Below are positions 12,295 through 28,600 of a stretch of DNA of 64,000 bases, piece after piece. Each line of letters starts with the position of its first letter. The stretch's first letter is position 1. Under the pieces are notes generated by a model, which saw only the letters and a list, made by a program, of their open reading frames with translations, was not told the origin of the DNA and searched no databases. Made by a program: the position numbers and the translations under genes. Source of the stretch: Eledone cirrhosa (taxonomy: Eukaryota); NCBI GenBank assembly GCA_964016885.1, contig OZ024740.1, positions 44,516,001-44,580,000 of the forward strand, in the 5' to 3' direction.

Positions 12295-12667
12295 ATCTAA
12301 TGCTCATAGCTGAATCAATGGCTGAACTAGAAAAGAAATTCCAAAATGGAAGCATGGCCTAGAATCAAAAGGCCTTAAAGTTAACTTGTCTAAGACTAAA
12401 GTCTTAGTCAAGTTAACTTTAAGACCTTTTGATTCTAGGCCATGCTTCCATGTTTGGAATTTCTTTTCTAGTTCAGCCATTGATTCAGCTATGAGCGTTA
12501 GATGCTGTTTACTCGAGAGAAGACTACGTTGGTATGGCCACGTAGAAAACCTGCCAGATAGTCCTATATGAGCGAGACACGGTCATCCGACCAACCTTGC
12601 CTCAAGTGGGACAACCGTCTAACCCATGCTAGCGTGGAAAGTGGACGTTAAACGAGGATGATGATGA

Positions 12668-12672
<5 letters not shown>
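12295..12672 (+). mobile_element. Rearranged RTE fragment (internal foldback plus two jumps)
   Basis: RT segment 12295-12410, its inverted copy to about 12503, then [15 protein letters not shown] coding, then the 3' UTR and (GAT)n. Confidence 0.85.
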
Positions 12673-12716
<44 letters not shown>

Positions 12717-13035
12717 TAAACAAGAGAGATGAACACTAATATAAACATATATGTGTTCGAATTTGTAAGGACTAGTTTTGCTAGGGGAAAAAAATACTAA
12801 CTACACCAATATGCTTTGTCAGACTTAATTTTAAGTAGTAAATTAAGAAAAATAACAGACATATATTGGGCAAAATGCCTGGTAACAACTAGTCAGTTTT
12901 GGGAACTGTTTCACAACATCTTATTAAGTGAAGTCCACGCTTTTCCCTGCTCCTCAGTAGTTGTTGAGAAATTAGCGATCCTTTCACTTCTAAAAATAAT
13001 AGAAGACTGAAAATTGTGCTATAAGATTTATACCA

Positions 13036-13162
<127 letters not shown>

Positions 13163-13276
13163 GAGGGGTGGAGAAAGAACTTCTTTCTTTCTTCTCACCA
13201 GTAGGGGAGACCTTGAAAAAGTAAACGCTTACAGGTGTTGCCCTTGCTTCTTATAACAGTAAAAAAAAGCTCAAAG

Positions 13277-13309
<33 letters not shown>

Positions 13310-13506
13310 CACAAGCATGCACACATACACACTCATATGTATATATATATTTATAATGGTGATGATGATATTGTTAGTCATTCTATCATTAATATCTATA
13401 ATGTATTTCACATGTATATCTTTGTATATATATTAGATTACATGCTGTGTGAACATACACACAGATATAGAGAGACACAAATATATATAAATAGAAATGA
13501 GATAAT

Positions 13507-13693
13507 TGTTTCTACTTTTGGCAAAAGGCCATCAATTATCCCAGTGCATTACTGGTACTTTATTTTATCGACCCCGTAAGGATGAAAGGCAAAGTCAACC
13601 TCTGCGGGATTTGAACTCAGATCGTAAAGGGACGTAACTATGCTGGAAAGCATGGTGTCTGACCTTCCACCGATACTGCCAATCCACCGCCCT
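13507..13693 (-). mobile_element. SINE family A with an 18-bp TSD
   Basis: aaatagaaatgagataat at 13489-13506 and 13694-13711. Confidence 0.9.
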
Positions 13694-13829
13694 AAATAGA
13701 AATGAGATAATGAGTGTGGATATGTAGTTAAACAGTTAATGACTCACACTTTACTCAGAAGTTCATAGTAATGGCTGTGGGAGTCATATTGATTGCTCTG
13801 TTCTTGCAATGGTACATATATATATATAT

Positions 13830-14163
13830 ATCATCATTTCATTTTACGTCCGCTTTTTCCCTGCTTGCAAGGGTGGCACGGGAATTGATTCTGGCTTGAT
13901 TTCTACAGCTGGATGCCCTTCCTAACACCAACCTCATTTACAGTGACTGCTGGGTGCTTTTTTGCCATGGCACCTCCACGACCACTTTGCAGTGAAATGA
14001 TATGGACCCCAGTCCCTATCATCTCATTTCTACCTGAGTAAACTGGAGCAATGTGAAATAAAGTGTCTTGCTCAAGGAAACAACACATCACCCGGTCTGA
14101 AAATTGAACTCACAACCTTTCAATTGCAAGGCCAATGCTCTAACCACTAAGCCATGTGCCTCC
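13830..14163 (-). mobile_element. tRNA-derived SINE family B with RTE-derived 3' end
   Basis: Head ggcacatggcttagtggttagagc...gagttcaatt; core tccttgagcaagacacttt; 3' part gtcgtggaggtgcca...gttggtgttaggaagggcatcc is shared with the RTE UTR at 16780-16920. Confidence 0.85.
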
Positions 14164-14201
14164 ACATATATATATATATATATATATATATGACAACTAA
14201 G

Positions 14202-17073
<2,872 letters not shown>

Positions 17074-17209
17074 CAATAAATGTAATCTGAGTTTTTCGAA
17101 TATTAATAATAACATTCGGTTCGTTTGCAATTATGCAAACAAGCCTCGATTTTATAGCCATCTCAGGGAATGAACACTTCATTCTTGCTCTTATGTTGGC
17201 ATGCGAACG

Positions 17210-17259
17210 GAGCTGCAGACACTAATGTTTCTGTGTATCACCCTTCATCAGTACAGCTC
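17210..17259 (-). ncRNA. Type I hammerhead ribozyme
   Basis: Minus strand: gagctgta-CTGATGA-agggtgatacaca-GAAACA-ttag-TGTC-tgcagctc. Confidence 0.8.
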
Positions 17260-17321
17260 ACTGTGCACCTGCCAAACTGTCAGAGCTAGTGAAAATATAT
17301 GCAATTTTCAACAATATACAG

Positions 17322-17450
17322 TGACTGATCGGCCTGATTTGCATATTAGCAGACTGGCTGATCTGTCAGATCTGCATATTAGCAGATCCACTGATCAGCC
17401 AGATTTGTATATCAGCAGACTGGCCAGTCAGTTTCCTGTATATGAGCGAT
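17322..17450. repeat. Tandem repeat of about 33 bp, 3-4 copies
   Basis: ctgatc.g.cagat.tg.atat.agcaga repeated. Confidence 0.65.
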
Positions 17451-17604
17451 AAATGACTGGCTTTGCCAAATTCAAATAAAAAAGAAAATTTCGCTCTACA
17501 TGGCTGAATAAAATAAATGTAATATTAATAATAACATTCGATTCGTTTGCAATTATGCAAACAAGCCTCAATTTTATAGCCATGTCAGTAGAATGAACAC
17601 TTCA

Positions 17605-17650
17605 GCTGTACTGATGAAGAGTGATACCCAGAAACATTAGTGTCTGCAGT
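17605..17650 (+). ncRNA. Type I hammerhead ribozyme
   Basis: gctgta-CTGATGA(17611-17)-agagtgataccca-GAAACA-ttag-TGTC(cleavage triplet 17642-44)-tgcagt. Confidence 0.8.
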
Positions 17651-17808
17651 TCTGTTCGCATGCCAACATAAGAGTGTTCATTCTACTGACATGGCTATAA
17701 AATTGAGGCTGGTTTGCATAATTGCAAATGAATCGAATGTTATTATTAATATTCGAAAAACTCAGATTACATTTATTGTATTCAGCCATGTAGAGCGAAA
17801 TTTTCTAT

Positions 17809-17840
<32 letters not shown>

Positions 17841-17848
17841 TATATACA

Positions 17849-17924
<76 letters not shown>

Positions 17925-17925
<1 letters not shown>

Positions 17926-18180
17926 GAAGCATATAGACAATATGCCTCCACTGCAATGTGGTCGTGGAGGTGCCATGGCAAAAAAGTACCCAGCACTCAC
18001 TGTAAATGAGGTTGGTGTTAGGAAGGGCATCCAACTGTAGAAATCAAAACAGAATCAGTTCGCGTATGAGCAAGACATGGGCAGGCGACCTGCTACTGCC
18101 CACAACAGGACAACCCGTCTAACACATGCTAGTGTAGAAGAATGGACGTAAAACGATGATGATGACGATAATGATGATAC
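17925..18180 (+). mobile_element. RTE 3' UTR fragment
   Basis: Matches 16741-17040 and ends in (GAT)n. Confidence 0.85.
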
Positions 18181-18298
<118 letters not shown>

Positions 18299-18305
18299 AT
18301 ATATA

Positions 18306-18629
18306 TCTATATATTAATTTCAACAATGTCAGTATTCCGTGTGTCATAATTCTCGATTATCATTGGTTCATAGGTTTCAAATGACTCTGCCCACCTCAAC
18401 GATGCTAAATTTAAATTAATATGCATAATGCCAATGAGGGAGTGAGAGGGGAGAGTAAGAAACAGTGAGGCAAAGTGAACGCTGTGTTGGATACATTATG
18501 TATATGTGTCAGTGTAGAGACGTGTGTGTGTGATGTGTAACCAGACAAACATCCAATACAGTCATTTTCTCTTTTATCTGTCTTCTCTTATCCTCTGTTT
18601 ACCTGGGCGAAGCTGGGTACATCAGCTAG
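18306..18629 (+). mobile_element. Non-autonomous Helitron
   Basis: Starts A|TCTATATA; ends with GC hairpin acctgggcgaagctgggt followed by CTAG|T; no TSD; inserted in a TA tract. Confidence 0.75.
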
Positions 18630-18736
<107 letters not shown>

Positions 18737-19261
18737 GCATATACATATATACATACATAAATATATATATATATATATACCTATGTGTGTGGAGGGAGGG
18801 GGTGTTATTTAATATGTGTAAACCTTACAGTGAAACTTAGACCATAGGACTTATATGTATCAACTTATATTTTCATTCCTTTAATATACGACATACAAAG
18901 CTGACTAATGGTCTTACTTTTCTCTAATTTCTCTCTCTCTCTTTCTCTCTTCCTATGTCTATGGCTCACTTAATGCACACATGCTTTTTATTTTTATAAA
19001 AAATGTTTTTTCCACCATTCCTCTGCTCACTCTCTATTTTTCTATTTCATCTTTTATTTCTCATTCTATCTTCTGATGAAGGACTAGTTTCCTACTATAT
19101 CAAGCATTAAACTAATATATTTCCTCATTATACTTTTGTCATTTGCTTTGTTGTTTCCATTTAATTTTTGCCCATATATATGATTACATATATTTACATA
19201 TATCGTCGAACCGATGATAGCATGGAAAAATGGGCATTAAATGGTGATGATATATATATAT

Positions 19262-19440
19262 ATAGGAAACGAGTCAGGACCCCAATGGCAGAGCTATTTC
19301 TGGCTATTTTCGTCGAAATGGCTTGATCTCTGCCGTCGGGGTCCTGACTATTTCCCTATTACCCACTCTATTACCCAAAGTATCGAGTACTTTGGTGCGT
19401 TATGGTCCACCTGGTTCCTTACCACACTTCCTTCATTATA
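19262..19440. mobile_element. Small foldback with a one-sided tail, probably Penelope-like
   Basis: ataggaaacgagtcaggaccccaatggcagag / ctctgccgtcggggtcctgactatttccctat; tail to about 19438; TA flanks. Confidence 0.55.
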
Positions 19441-19548
19441 TATATATATCTACATATATATGGTTGTGCATGTGTGTGTGTTTGTATATGTGTATATATG
19501 TATGTGTGTGTTTGTGTATTATTGAGGTGATGTTCAATGTAATATTCA

Positions 19549-19780
19549 TTAACCCTTTTGATACCAACCCTTTTGAAACCACTCCTAGATTTATGATGAA
19601 AATATATTTGTTTTAAAGAGTTCCTATTTAAATTTAAACCTACCATTATAATTATATTTAAGAACTTTTTCATAATTTATGCTCCAAACACCAGCTTAAT
19701 AATTAGAAGGTTAGATATATTACAAACTCCTTAAAATCATAACTAAAAATCATTAGAAATATAGTAATGAACGTTTTAAT
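19549..19780. mobile_element. Old TTAA-CCC MITE family (piggyBac-like); related pieces near 1770-1915, 2760-2980, 23822-23970, 35941-36201, 56180-56324, 57560-57838 and 63870-64000
   Basis: Ends ttaacccttttgataccaac and gtaacaaa..gggttaa; shared internal ccaaacaccagcttaataat...aaatccctcc motif. Confidence 0.55.
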
Positions 19781-20174
19781 TTACCAAGAGGCATTATAAT
19801 GATTCATAATATTATACATGGTTCCAAATTACACATTGCATATTAATTTATTCTGTCATTTTATTATTATTATTTTTTTTTTTTTATTTCCATTTTAGTT
19901 CACCACCTAGAGACATAAGGCATGTATACATTTGATGGAGAGAAACTTGCTGAGAAGGTGAGGGGCTGATGTTAGCGCAACATTTTGAACCACATAGATT
20001 ATTGGTTTCCCTGGGATCGGTAAAAAAAATTGTCAGTACCTTTCTTGATCACTCCCAAGACATCCACAATAACAGGGATGATTTTGGTTTTTAATTGCCA
20101 CATCCTTGATATCTCAAGGTCTTGTATTTAGATTATCATTATTATTTTATTATTAGTATTATTATAGTCCTAGG

Positions 20175-21165
20175 TCAAGTGGAGAACTAAGAGGAGCGCT
20201 TTGAGGTTAGAATGTCTTCAAGCGCTCACAGCCCTCAGACAATCAGGCTCTAGGATCAGTGGAAACTCCACCTTGGCATTCTATAGAGGGTTAGTGATGG
20301 GTAAAAGTGATGACATTCTCATGGAAACTCTGGGTGTCAACAAAAATCAACTAGCCATTCTCTTCTGCAGGACTTTCGGTCAAGGGCCTATGGATAACTT
20401 CCAGAAATCCCTGGCCTGACAATGCTACTGAGGAACGTTGCCAATATGAGATAAACTCTACAGGCATGGGAGTGTCATCAGCCAGGCATGTCCAAGATGC
20501 GTGCAGAGCGACAAAACTGTTGAACATGCACATATCCAGTGTCTAAGTATTGCTGACTTATGGGTTTATATTGAATACTTGTTGTCATATGTAGGATAGA
20601 TCCAACTGTCAACTGAGTCCATTGTCAAAACCACCCTGCCACTCTTCTTTAGTCAGGAAGGCAAGCTGTTTTTTGTCTGTCTGGTAGCCATGGAAAAAGA
20701 GGTCATATAGTGGACATGTCTGAAATGGCTGAAGACAGACACTTTCCTCTTCTACAACACCCTCATTAACTTCTTCAGGTTTCACTTCAAGAGGAAAATC
20801 AGGGTGAAGGAAGCGCTTCCTTCAAAGCAATTTGTTGAAAGGTGGGCAAAAGAGGCAAGAATGGTTCCAGTGAATGGGTCTGCTCTAAGTGTGGGCCTGT
20901 AGATTGAAGGAGGACATCTGGGAGTGGGCACTTGCCCTGGCGGTCAGGATGACTGTGGTTTTTATGGGGTTTATTCCATGAGTAACACTCAGAAGTCTAC
21001 CTCCTATTGGGGAATTTTCTTTTGTTTCTATTTTTTTTTCTGCATCCTTTGTTTTTGTTTTATACTCATTTTTACACACAGAATCCCTCATTGGACCATC
21101 CTGTGCTGTCCTTAATGTACTTTTTGTAAACCCTTTATGGTCAATAAAGAAAACATTATTATTTA
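20175..21165 (+). mobile_element. Degenerate Tx1/L1-clade LINE 3' fragment
   Basis: C-terminal Zn finger remnant (CPRC...TVEHA); 3' UTR with tgtaaacc...aataaa and (ATT)n; paralogous to 22500-23400. Confidence 0.7.
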
Positions 21166-21169
21166 CAAT

Positions 21170-23400
21170 AGGCACATGTTAGCCTATACCAAGCAAATGT
21201 GTTTGGCTTTTGAGCAGCACTTCACTCATTTGTTTGGGAGCAGTGGCGGGCAGGATTCCAGAATGGACTTTAGTTCCTACCTTGTCAGCCTGCCGCAGCT
21301 CTCAGTGATGGAGGTGGAGAGCTGTAAATAGCTGATAACTGCTGTTGAACTACAGGAGGCAATGACTGGCTGTTTGAGTGGTAAATAGCCTGTTTTGGAT
21401 GGTCTTTCCTACAAGCTTTATGTACAGATGCCAGACTTCTTCGGTGACCTCTTGGCACAGATATGCACCATTCCCAAGAGATCCATCCACGACAACCTCT
21501 GTGTCATGCGATACATCATGGAGAGGGTAGCTAAGGAACCTGGCATTGGTGAGGCCTTGATCAATTTAAATCAATCAAAAACATTCGATGGGGTCAACCA
21601 TCAATACCTAGCAGCCATCCTCAGGGTGATTGGCTTTGGGACCATTTTCAGAGGGTGGGTCGGTGCCATGCACAGTGACATCTGCTCTGTGGTGAATCTA
21701 AATGGTCACCTTTTGGAACCTCTCAACTTCAAGCGCTCAGTCCACCTAATCTGTCTCCTCTCATCCTCGTTGTATGCATTGACTATAGAGCTATTACTGC
21801 ACAACCCGGAGACATTGAGGGATCATCCTGCGTGAACTGGGATGTGGGAGAACAATGTCAGCTTATGCTGATGACGTCACCATCATAATGTTAAACATCA
21901 AACACATTGAGGTCATCGGCATTGCTCTAAGAGAATATAAGGCAGTGAAAGGAGCAAACATTAACCAGGAAAGCTTGGTGGGCCTGCGGCTCAACAACTG
22001 GAGTGGCAGGTCCATACTGCCAAACAGCATTGTCAAGCACTGGACAGATGGACCGGTCAAATTGCTCGGAGTCTGGTTTGATCTGAACATCCAGATGGAC
22101 AAAAATGGGAACAAGGTGAGCAGGGTGGCCTCTCTCACCCAGAAATAGGCCAAGAGAAAGATATCTTTGAAAGGTCGTGCGTAGGTGGGAAACGCATACA
22201 TCACATCCATCATTTACTGCTGCCTGACCATTGTGCAGTGTCCTAAGCCTTGTCTGACTATACTGGCATGTTTGTGCTTTCGTATTTTGTGAAAGGGACA
22301 CATTCTGATGGTCAGGTGGTCCATCTGCTGTCAACACCCGCCACCTTGAGGACTGGGAATGCTGTGGATGATGATGCACAGACTTGCGCTGAGGCTACAA
22401 CATCTCCAGATTTTCCTAGATAGTGAACAGGTGTGGTCGCCTTTTACTAGGCACATTTTTCCCCAGCTCTCTCCTTAATTGAGCTGCAATCCTGGGTCAA
22501 GCGGAGACCAAGAGGGAGTGCTTGGAAACAGGAAAGTCTCTAAGCACTCACTGGTCTTTGCCAATTGAACATTACAATTGGTGGAAAATCTACCTTGGCT
22601 TTCTATAGCAGGTTAGTGGAGGACAAAAATGATGATATCCTAGCTATTATTTTCTGGAGGACTTTCGGTCTAGAACAAATGGATAACTTCCAGAAATCCC
22701 TGGCTTAGCAGTGCTACCGCTCAAGATAAACTTTGCCAGTTCAAGATAAACTTTACAGGCATGGAAGTGCTAACAACCAGGCCTTTCCGGGATGCGCACG
22801 GGGTGATGAGACCGTCCTGCAAGTATGGCTGACTTGTGGGTTCATGTCAAACATCTGCTATTGCATGTAGGATAGATCTGGCTATTAGCTGAGTCCATCA
22901 TGAAGATTGCCCCACCGTTCTCCTTTAACCAGGAAGTGCAGGCAGTTTTTATCTACCTGGTGACCATGATGAAAGAGGTCATATGGTGGATGTGTCAACT
23001 TTTACAGGTTTCACCTGAAAAGGAAAATCAGGGTGGAGATGGAAATGCTGCTTTCCAGCTAGTTTGTTGAAAGGTGGGTGAGAGAGGTAAGAATGGCCCG
23101 TATGAATGGGCCTGCCCTGAGCATGAGCCAGTAATATTGAAGGAGGACAACTTGCCCTTGCAGTCAGGGTGATCATGGTTTCTGTGGGCTTTCTCCATGA
23201 GTAACCCTCAGTGGATCCCACCTATTGAGGAATTGTTTTTATTTCTACTTTTTTGTTAAATCTTTTGTTACTGTTATTGTGTTTGCTTTTATGCAAGCAA
23301 AATCCCATATTTGTACTGTCCTGTACCATCCTTAATGTTTCCCTTCATGTAAACCTTTGTGGTTAATAAATAAATCATTATTATTATTATTATTTATTAT
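21170..23400 (+). mobile_element. Degenerate Tx1/L1-clade LINE (RT to 3' end)
   Basis: RSIHDNL, INLNQSKTFDGVNH.YL..IL...GFG, SAYADDVT, VKLLGVWF; ends aataaa-(ATT)n. Confidence 0.8.
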
Positions 23401-23996
23401 TATGATGATTATTATGTAACTGGTGCTGTATGTGGTAGGTATGAATCACAGATTGATTCATATTTTTTCTTTTGTTATCTTATTTGTTTTTGTTTTTACC
23501 CATCTGGAACTGGTTCATTTTATCAAAAGAATTCTTTAATTAATTATTCATTTCTTTCTTCTAAAATACTATTTATACAGAATCTGGCACAAAGAAGACA
23601 TTTTAACTCTTGACATCTTGTACCAGATGAAGTCACATTAGCAAGATATTCTTGAGAAGTACAAAACAACACTATGACTGTATCTCATTTGAAATCAAAA
23701 TCTTTGCTTTAGTTTACTGCAAATGTTAACAACAATATGTCCATTAGTAAAGATATACACTTTTGAATCACATTTAGATATTTTCTGCTAAATTATTAAA
23801 GGATATTAAGTGTTACTAAATTTAACCCTTTTGAAGCCAAAACACCTGAATCTGCCCTGGTTCCATGATACAAATCTGTTTGTTTTAAAATATTCATGTT
23901 TATCTAAATGCAATATCTTAATAATTCTCTGTAGGAATCTTTGTTAAGTTATGTTCTGGGCATCAACCAATTAATTAATTAATCAATCAATTATTT

Positions 23997-24075
<79 letters not shown>

Positions 24076-24399
24076 TCTCTCTTTCTTTCTCTCCCATAAA
24101 TATTTTATGAGGATCAGAGAAGAAAGAGGGAGAACAAAATCTTAGGTTTTTAATTGTTTCGTTGCCTACCTGTCAGAATCTGCATTTGGTTCAATGATGC
24201 AAAACTGCTTTAAAATGTTTAAATTTATCTAAAAACATTGCATCATATATGTATGTAAGAACCTTTGTTAAGTTATGCTCCAGACGTCAACTTAAGAATG
24301 AGAAAGTTAGTTTTATTACTAAATCCCTCCAAATTCTTGATTATTTTCAAAATTATTTGAAAATCATAGGCAGTGTCTTTCATTAGAAATATCATTATG

Positions 24400-25020
24400 A
24401 AAAGAATTTGTGGCATGAATGGAGAAACTGAATGGCATATTACCAGTCAATGCATACTAGCTCAGAAAGAATATAAGAGACATCACAACATAGCAGGGAT
24501 TGTCCACTGGGCACTTTGTGGCAAATATGCACTTGAAACGTGGTACAAACATAATCCAAAAATGATGATGCAAAGATCCTGAGGGACTTTGTGATACAGT
24601 GTGACCATGAGATTAAACACAGCTGACTAGATATTGTATTAATTTAGAAAGAAAGCAAAAGTGTTAGATCATAGATTTAGCCTGTCCAGCTGATAACAAG
24701 GTATGCAAAAGAAGGAAAAAAATTGGTAGATATGACAGGTTAGCTTGGGAGGTTAAGCAGTTGTGGTCACTGAAAAAGGTAATGGTAATACCAATAATAG
24801 TTTGAGTCTTGGGAACAGTGAGTAAAGATCTTGAGAAGTACGTTAAACAAATAGGGATTGCAATACAGATGGAACACTTACAAATAAAAAAAGCATTGCT
24901 TGGAACAGCTGGAATACTCCATAAAGGGTCTTACCTCAGCTCACTAGTAGTGAACATCTAACACTATAATACATCTCCAGCATTAGAAGCTGGGCAAAGA
25001 ACAAATAATAATAATAATAA
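24400..25020 (+). mobile_element. R4/Dong-like RLE LINE 3' relic
   Basis: WHITSQC..LAQKEYKRHHNIAGIVHWALC, degenerate PDIV, (TAA)n tail. Confidence 0.7.
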
Positions 25021-25590
25021 TTGTTCCTGATTTAGGCACATGGCCAGCAATTTTTTTTTTTTTGCAGAGGAGGGAGTTGATTAGATCGACCCCAGTGTAT
25101 TATTGGTACTTTATTTTATCAACACAATAAGGATGAAAGGCAAAGCTAATCTCGGTGGGATTTGAATGTAAAGGGCTGTAACCTTTATGCTGCAAACATG
25201 TTACCCGACGCTCAACCAACACTGCTAATCTTCCTGTTACTTACATTGTAGGTTATGTAGTTGATGTTTCTATAATGTACACTGAGTTTCAAAAATTCAC
25301 TTAGAATTGTGGGGAAGGGATGGTTCTCTGGGTGGGGTTTGAGGGGGAGGTTGCTGTTGAATGGTTCCATTTTGTAGTGTTTGGAATAAATGAAATAATA
25401 ATTGTTTCTACTTTTGGCACAAAGCCAGCTATTACCCAGTACATTACTGGTACTTTATTTTATCGACCCCGTAAGGATGAAAGGCAAAGTTAACCTTGGC
25501 AGGATTTGAACTCAGAATAACAAGGGCCGTAACTCTATGCTTCAAAGCATGGTGTCCGACCCTCTACCGATACTGCCAATCCACCTCCCC
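25018..25590 (-). mobile_element. Two SINE family A copies (about 25018-25235 and 25398-25590)
   Basis: Reverse-complement core ggatgaaaggcaaag and ggatttgaactcag. Confidence 0.8.
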
Positions 25591-25619
25591 TTTGATAATG
25601 ATAAATGAAAAAATAATAA

Positions 25620-28600
25620 TGGGCAGGAAGGGCTCTCTAGTTTTGAATGACACCCCCACTAGCAGACAGAAACTCCAAAATCAAACCAAGATTACAGGAG
25701 TCCTTTATCCTTGGGTGGAGATCCTGATAGGGAAAAAATATTGTTTGGTGAAAACCTTAAAACATACCTCTCAAATTTGAGAGAAAAATAAAAAATACAA
25801 ATGAAGCAAATGACACAGTAATCATCAATGGTGAAGGTATCATGTTTACCAGATGTCCTGCTGTGCAGCAAGGTTAGCCTGGTTGCCAACCAGCAACTAC
25901 TAGCCAACAAGCAAGGCTGAGTTAGAGTAAACAGGTGAATGTTGTAGTCATGGAGTGCTACTATATGAGTAACCTTGTTGATGATAATAGAAGACCAATT
26001 AGACAATATAAAAACAGAATCTATGGACAATGGAAGGAAAGGGGAATGTTTGAAACAACTGAACAAATGATATGTGGCCAAGTTAGAAAGATTAGAAAGA
26101 AAGGGTGGTTAATGACAAGGAGAATGAAAGGTCTGAAGAAGTTGAAAATGGAGAAGATGAAAATGTGACATTTGAATGAACTGTAAAAGAAGCTGCTTAT
26201 GATGTGACATATGAGGAGGCTCCACAGTGAAATGAATGTACTTGAAGAAAAAAACCTTATACAGGAACAGAAGACATTGTTTGGCAGGATAATAACAAAA
26301 CTAAGAGAAGAGGACAATGGCTATATCTGTAGCCTATGGAAGGTTGATCAGTAGAACTTAAACCAGGAGACAATGAAAGTGAATGAAGTTCTCAAGTATA
26401 TACGTACAAGTAACATTAATGTGGCCAACAGTTTGCTCAGGTGGCAAATATCAGTAGTGGAGAATATGGCAATGGCCAAAAAGAAATCGAAAGAAAAAAC
26501 ACCAAACAAAAACACACGGAGCCATGGTGGAAAAGATAAATGCAGCAAACAAAACATTAAACACTTGTGAAAGACATTTCAGTACTAGACATAAAAATCA
26601 AAGATGAACTTAGGAATGAGCAGAAGTTTGATAGACTGAAGAGAAAATATGACATAGAAAGAAAGGTTTTTTTTATTGTCTTAGAGGAATTGAAACAACG
26701 TGTGGTTACAAAGAAAGCAAAGGTATGTGAGCAGTGAATTAAACAATTCCAACAAAACAAACTCTTCGGGATGGACCAAAAGAAGTTCTACCAGGAAATT
26801 TATGGAGGATTAGCAGAAGTTTTGGTCCCAAATGAAAAGAAATATAAGCAGTTTTGGAATCATATCTGGATTAAAAGAGAAGAGGCTGAATGGTTAAAAG
26901 ATCTGAAGAGAACTATTGTATATCTGAAGCAGCCAGAAATAATTACAGAGAGAGATATTCAAGACATAAGTAAATGCATGAGCATCTGGAAGTTGCCAGG
27001 CTCAGACAAAGTGAAGGCCTATTGGATAAACAATTTTAAGGGGTGCTATGCAAGGATTGCAGAACAGTTTTTAATATTCTGATAGGAAATGGAGAGGAAA
27101 TACTAGAGTGGCTGACAAAAGCAGAACAGTTCTATGCATGAAAGACATGGCAAAAGGAAACACTATTGAGAACTACAGACTAATATTTTGTTTACCACAT
27201 GTGGAAGTTATTAGGAGGGATAATCACAGATAAGATGTACAAGCACTTGGATGAGAACAATACTCTTCCGGTAGAATAGAAAAGTTGTAAATGAAAATGT
27301 AGAAGGGCTAAAGATCAGTTGCTAATTGATAAGAGATTCCAAAAGAAGGAAGATCAATCTGGCAATATCATGGATTGACTACATGTGATTTGATCATACA
27401 CTCATGGATCATAGATTTTGAGAAAAGCTGAAGCAAGGTATTAATTTAGGGGACAACAGAAAAGAGTCAATCATCTATTATTCATGGATGATCTGAAATT
27501 ATATGGAAAAGATGAACCCCAAATTAGTTCACTGATAGCGCATGGCTTTAGTTTGGATATCTGAATGGAATAGCAATACCTTCAGGAGAGGTCATGAAGC
27601 AAATAGATAACGGCTACAAATTTCTGGGAATTTTGGAAAAGAATAACTTGATGGAACATGAAATAAAAATTAAGTTTGCAGAAAAATAGTTTAGGAGAGT
27701 GAGACTGATTGTAAAATCAGAGTTGAATGGCGGAAATAAATATAAAGTGCTTAATACCTGGGCAGTATCCTTGCTAAGATATGGTTCTGGAGTGGTTGGG
27801 TGGACAGAGGATGAGCTAAATGCCTGGATAGGAAAATGAGGAAGTTACTCACAATGAACAGAACCTTTCATCCAGTGTTGACAGATTATACTTGTCTTGA
27901 AAGAAAGGAGGTAGAGGCCTTATAAGTTGTAAAGTATGTGTGAGAGCAGAAGAGAATAGTGTAGCCTGTACACAAAGAATACCACTGAACCATTGCTGTT
28001 GGAAATGAAAAAGTAAAATCCGTTTAAAATTGGAAATTGCAAAGAAAAATTGGAACACATGAAGAAGCGAATTGAAACCAAAAAGAGATGGAAAGCAGAG
28101 AGAATATACAAGCAATTTTACAAGGACACAGAAGCCAAAACTGATTTGGAGCAGTGGTGGCTATGGATGCAGAAAAGTGACTTTAAACCAGAAACAGAAG
28201 CAAGCCTTCAGGACAAATCATGTTAACCACAAAATTGACAACTCAAGTGAAACAGAAAAATGTAGGATGTTTAGTGTTCTGCCAGACCCAGGATTATTTA
28301 CTTGAGTAAATATCACCGGAATCTAACTACTAAATTTAATACAGAAAGGGATAAGATATATTTACAAAATACCATATCGAATACAAGTCTTCATTTTATT
28401 GTAACTCCGTTATAATTGTTGTACACAAATATCCTCATACATATTTAGGTATAGTCCAAAGCCCGTGATTAACATGTTCATCTTCAGTGTTGTCGGTTCG
28501 AAGGAAAAGCACCAAAGAGAGAAGGAGCTGGCTGTGTTGCCGCTATTTATAACCTCTTTCCGGAAGTTACAAAAGAGGGTTCTAGACTTTCGACGGGAAG

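Larger units (their letters stand above)
17072..17810. mobile_element. Three-part Penelope-like end array: two tandem minus-strand ends plus one inverted plus-strand end
   Basis: About 17072-17460 (-), 17480-17600 (-) and 17603-17810 (+) share attaataataacattcg...ttatgcaaacaagcctc; TA tracts flank the array. Confidence 0.75.

Noticed and set aside
19070-19095. CTGATGA motifs at about 19073, 54160 (-) and 54396
   Set aside because: No intact GAAA and NUH with supporting stems; too degenerate to call as ribozymes.
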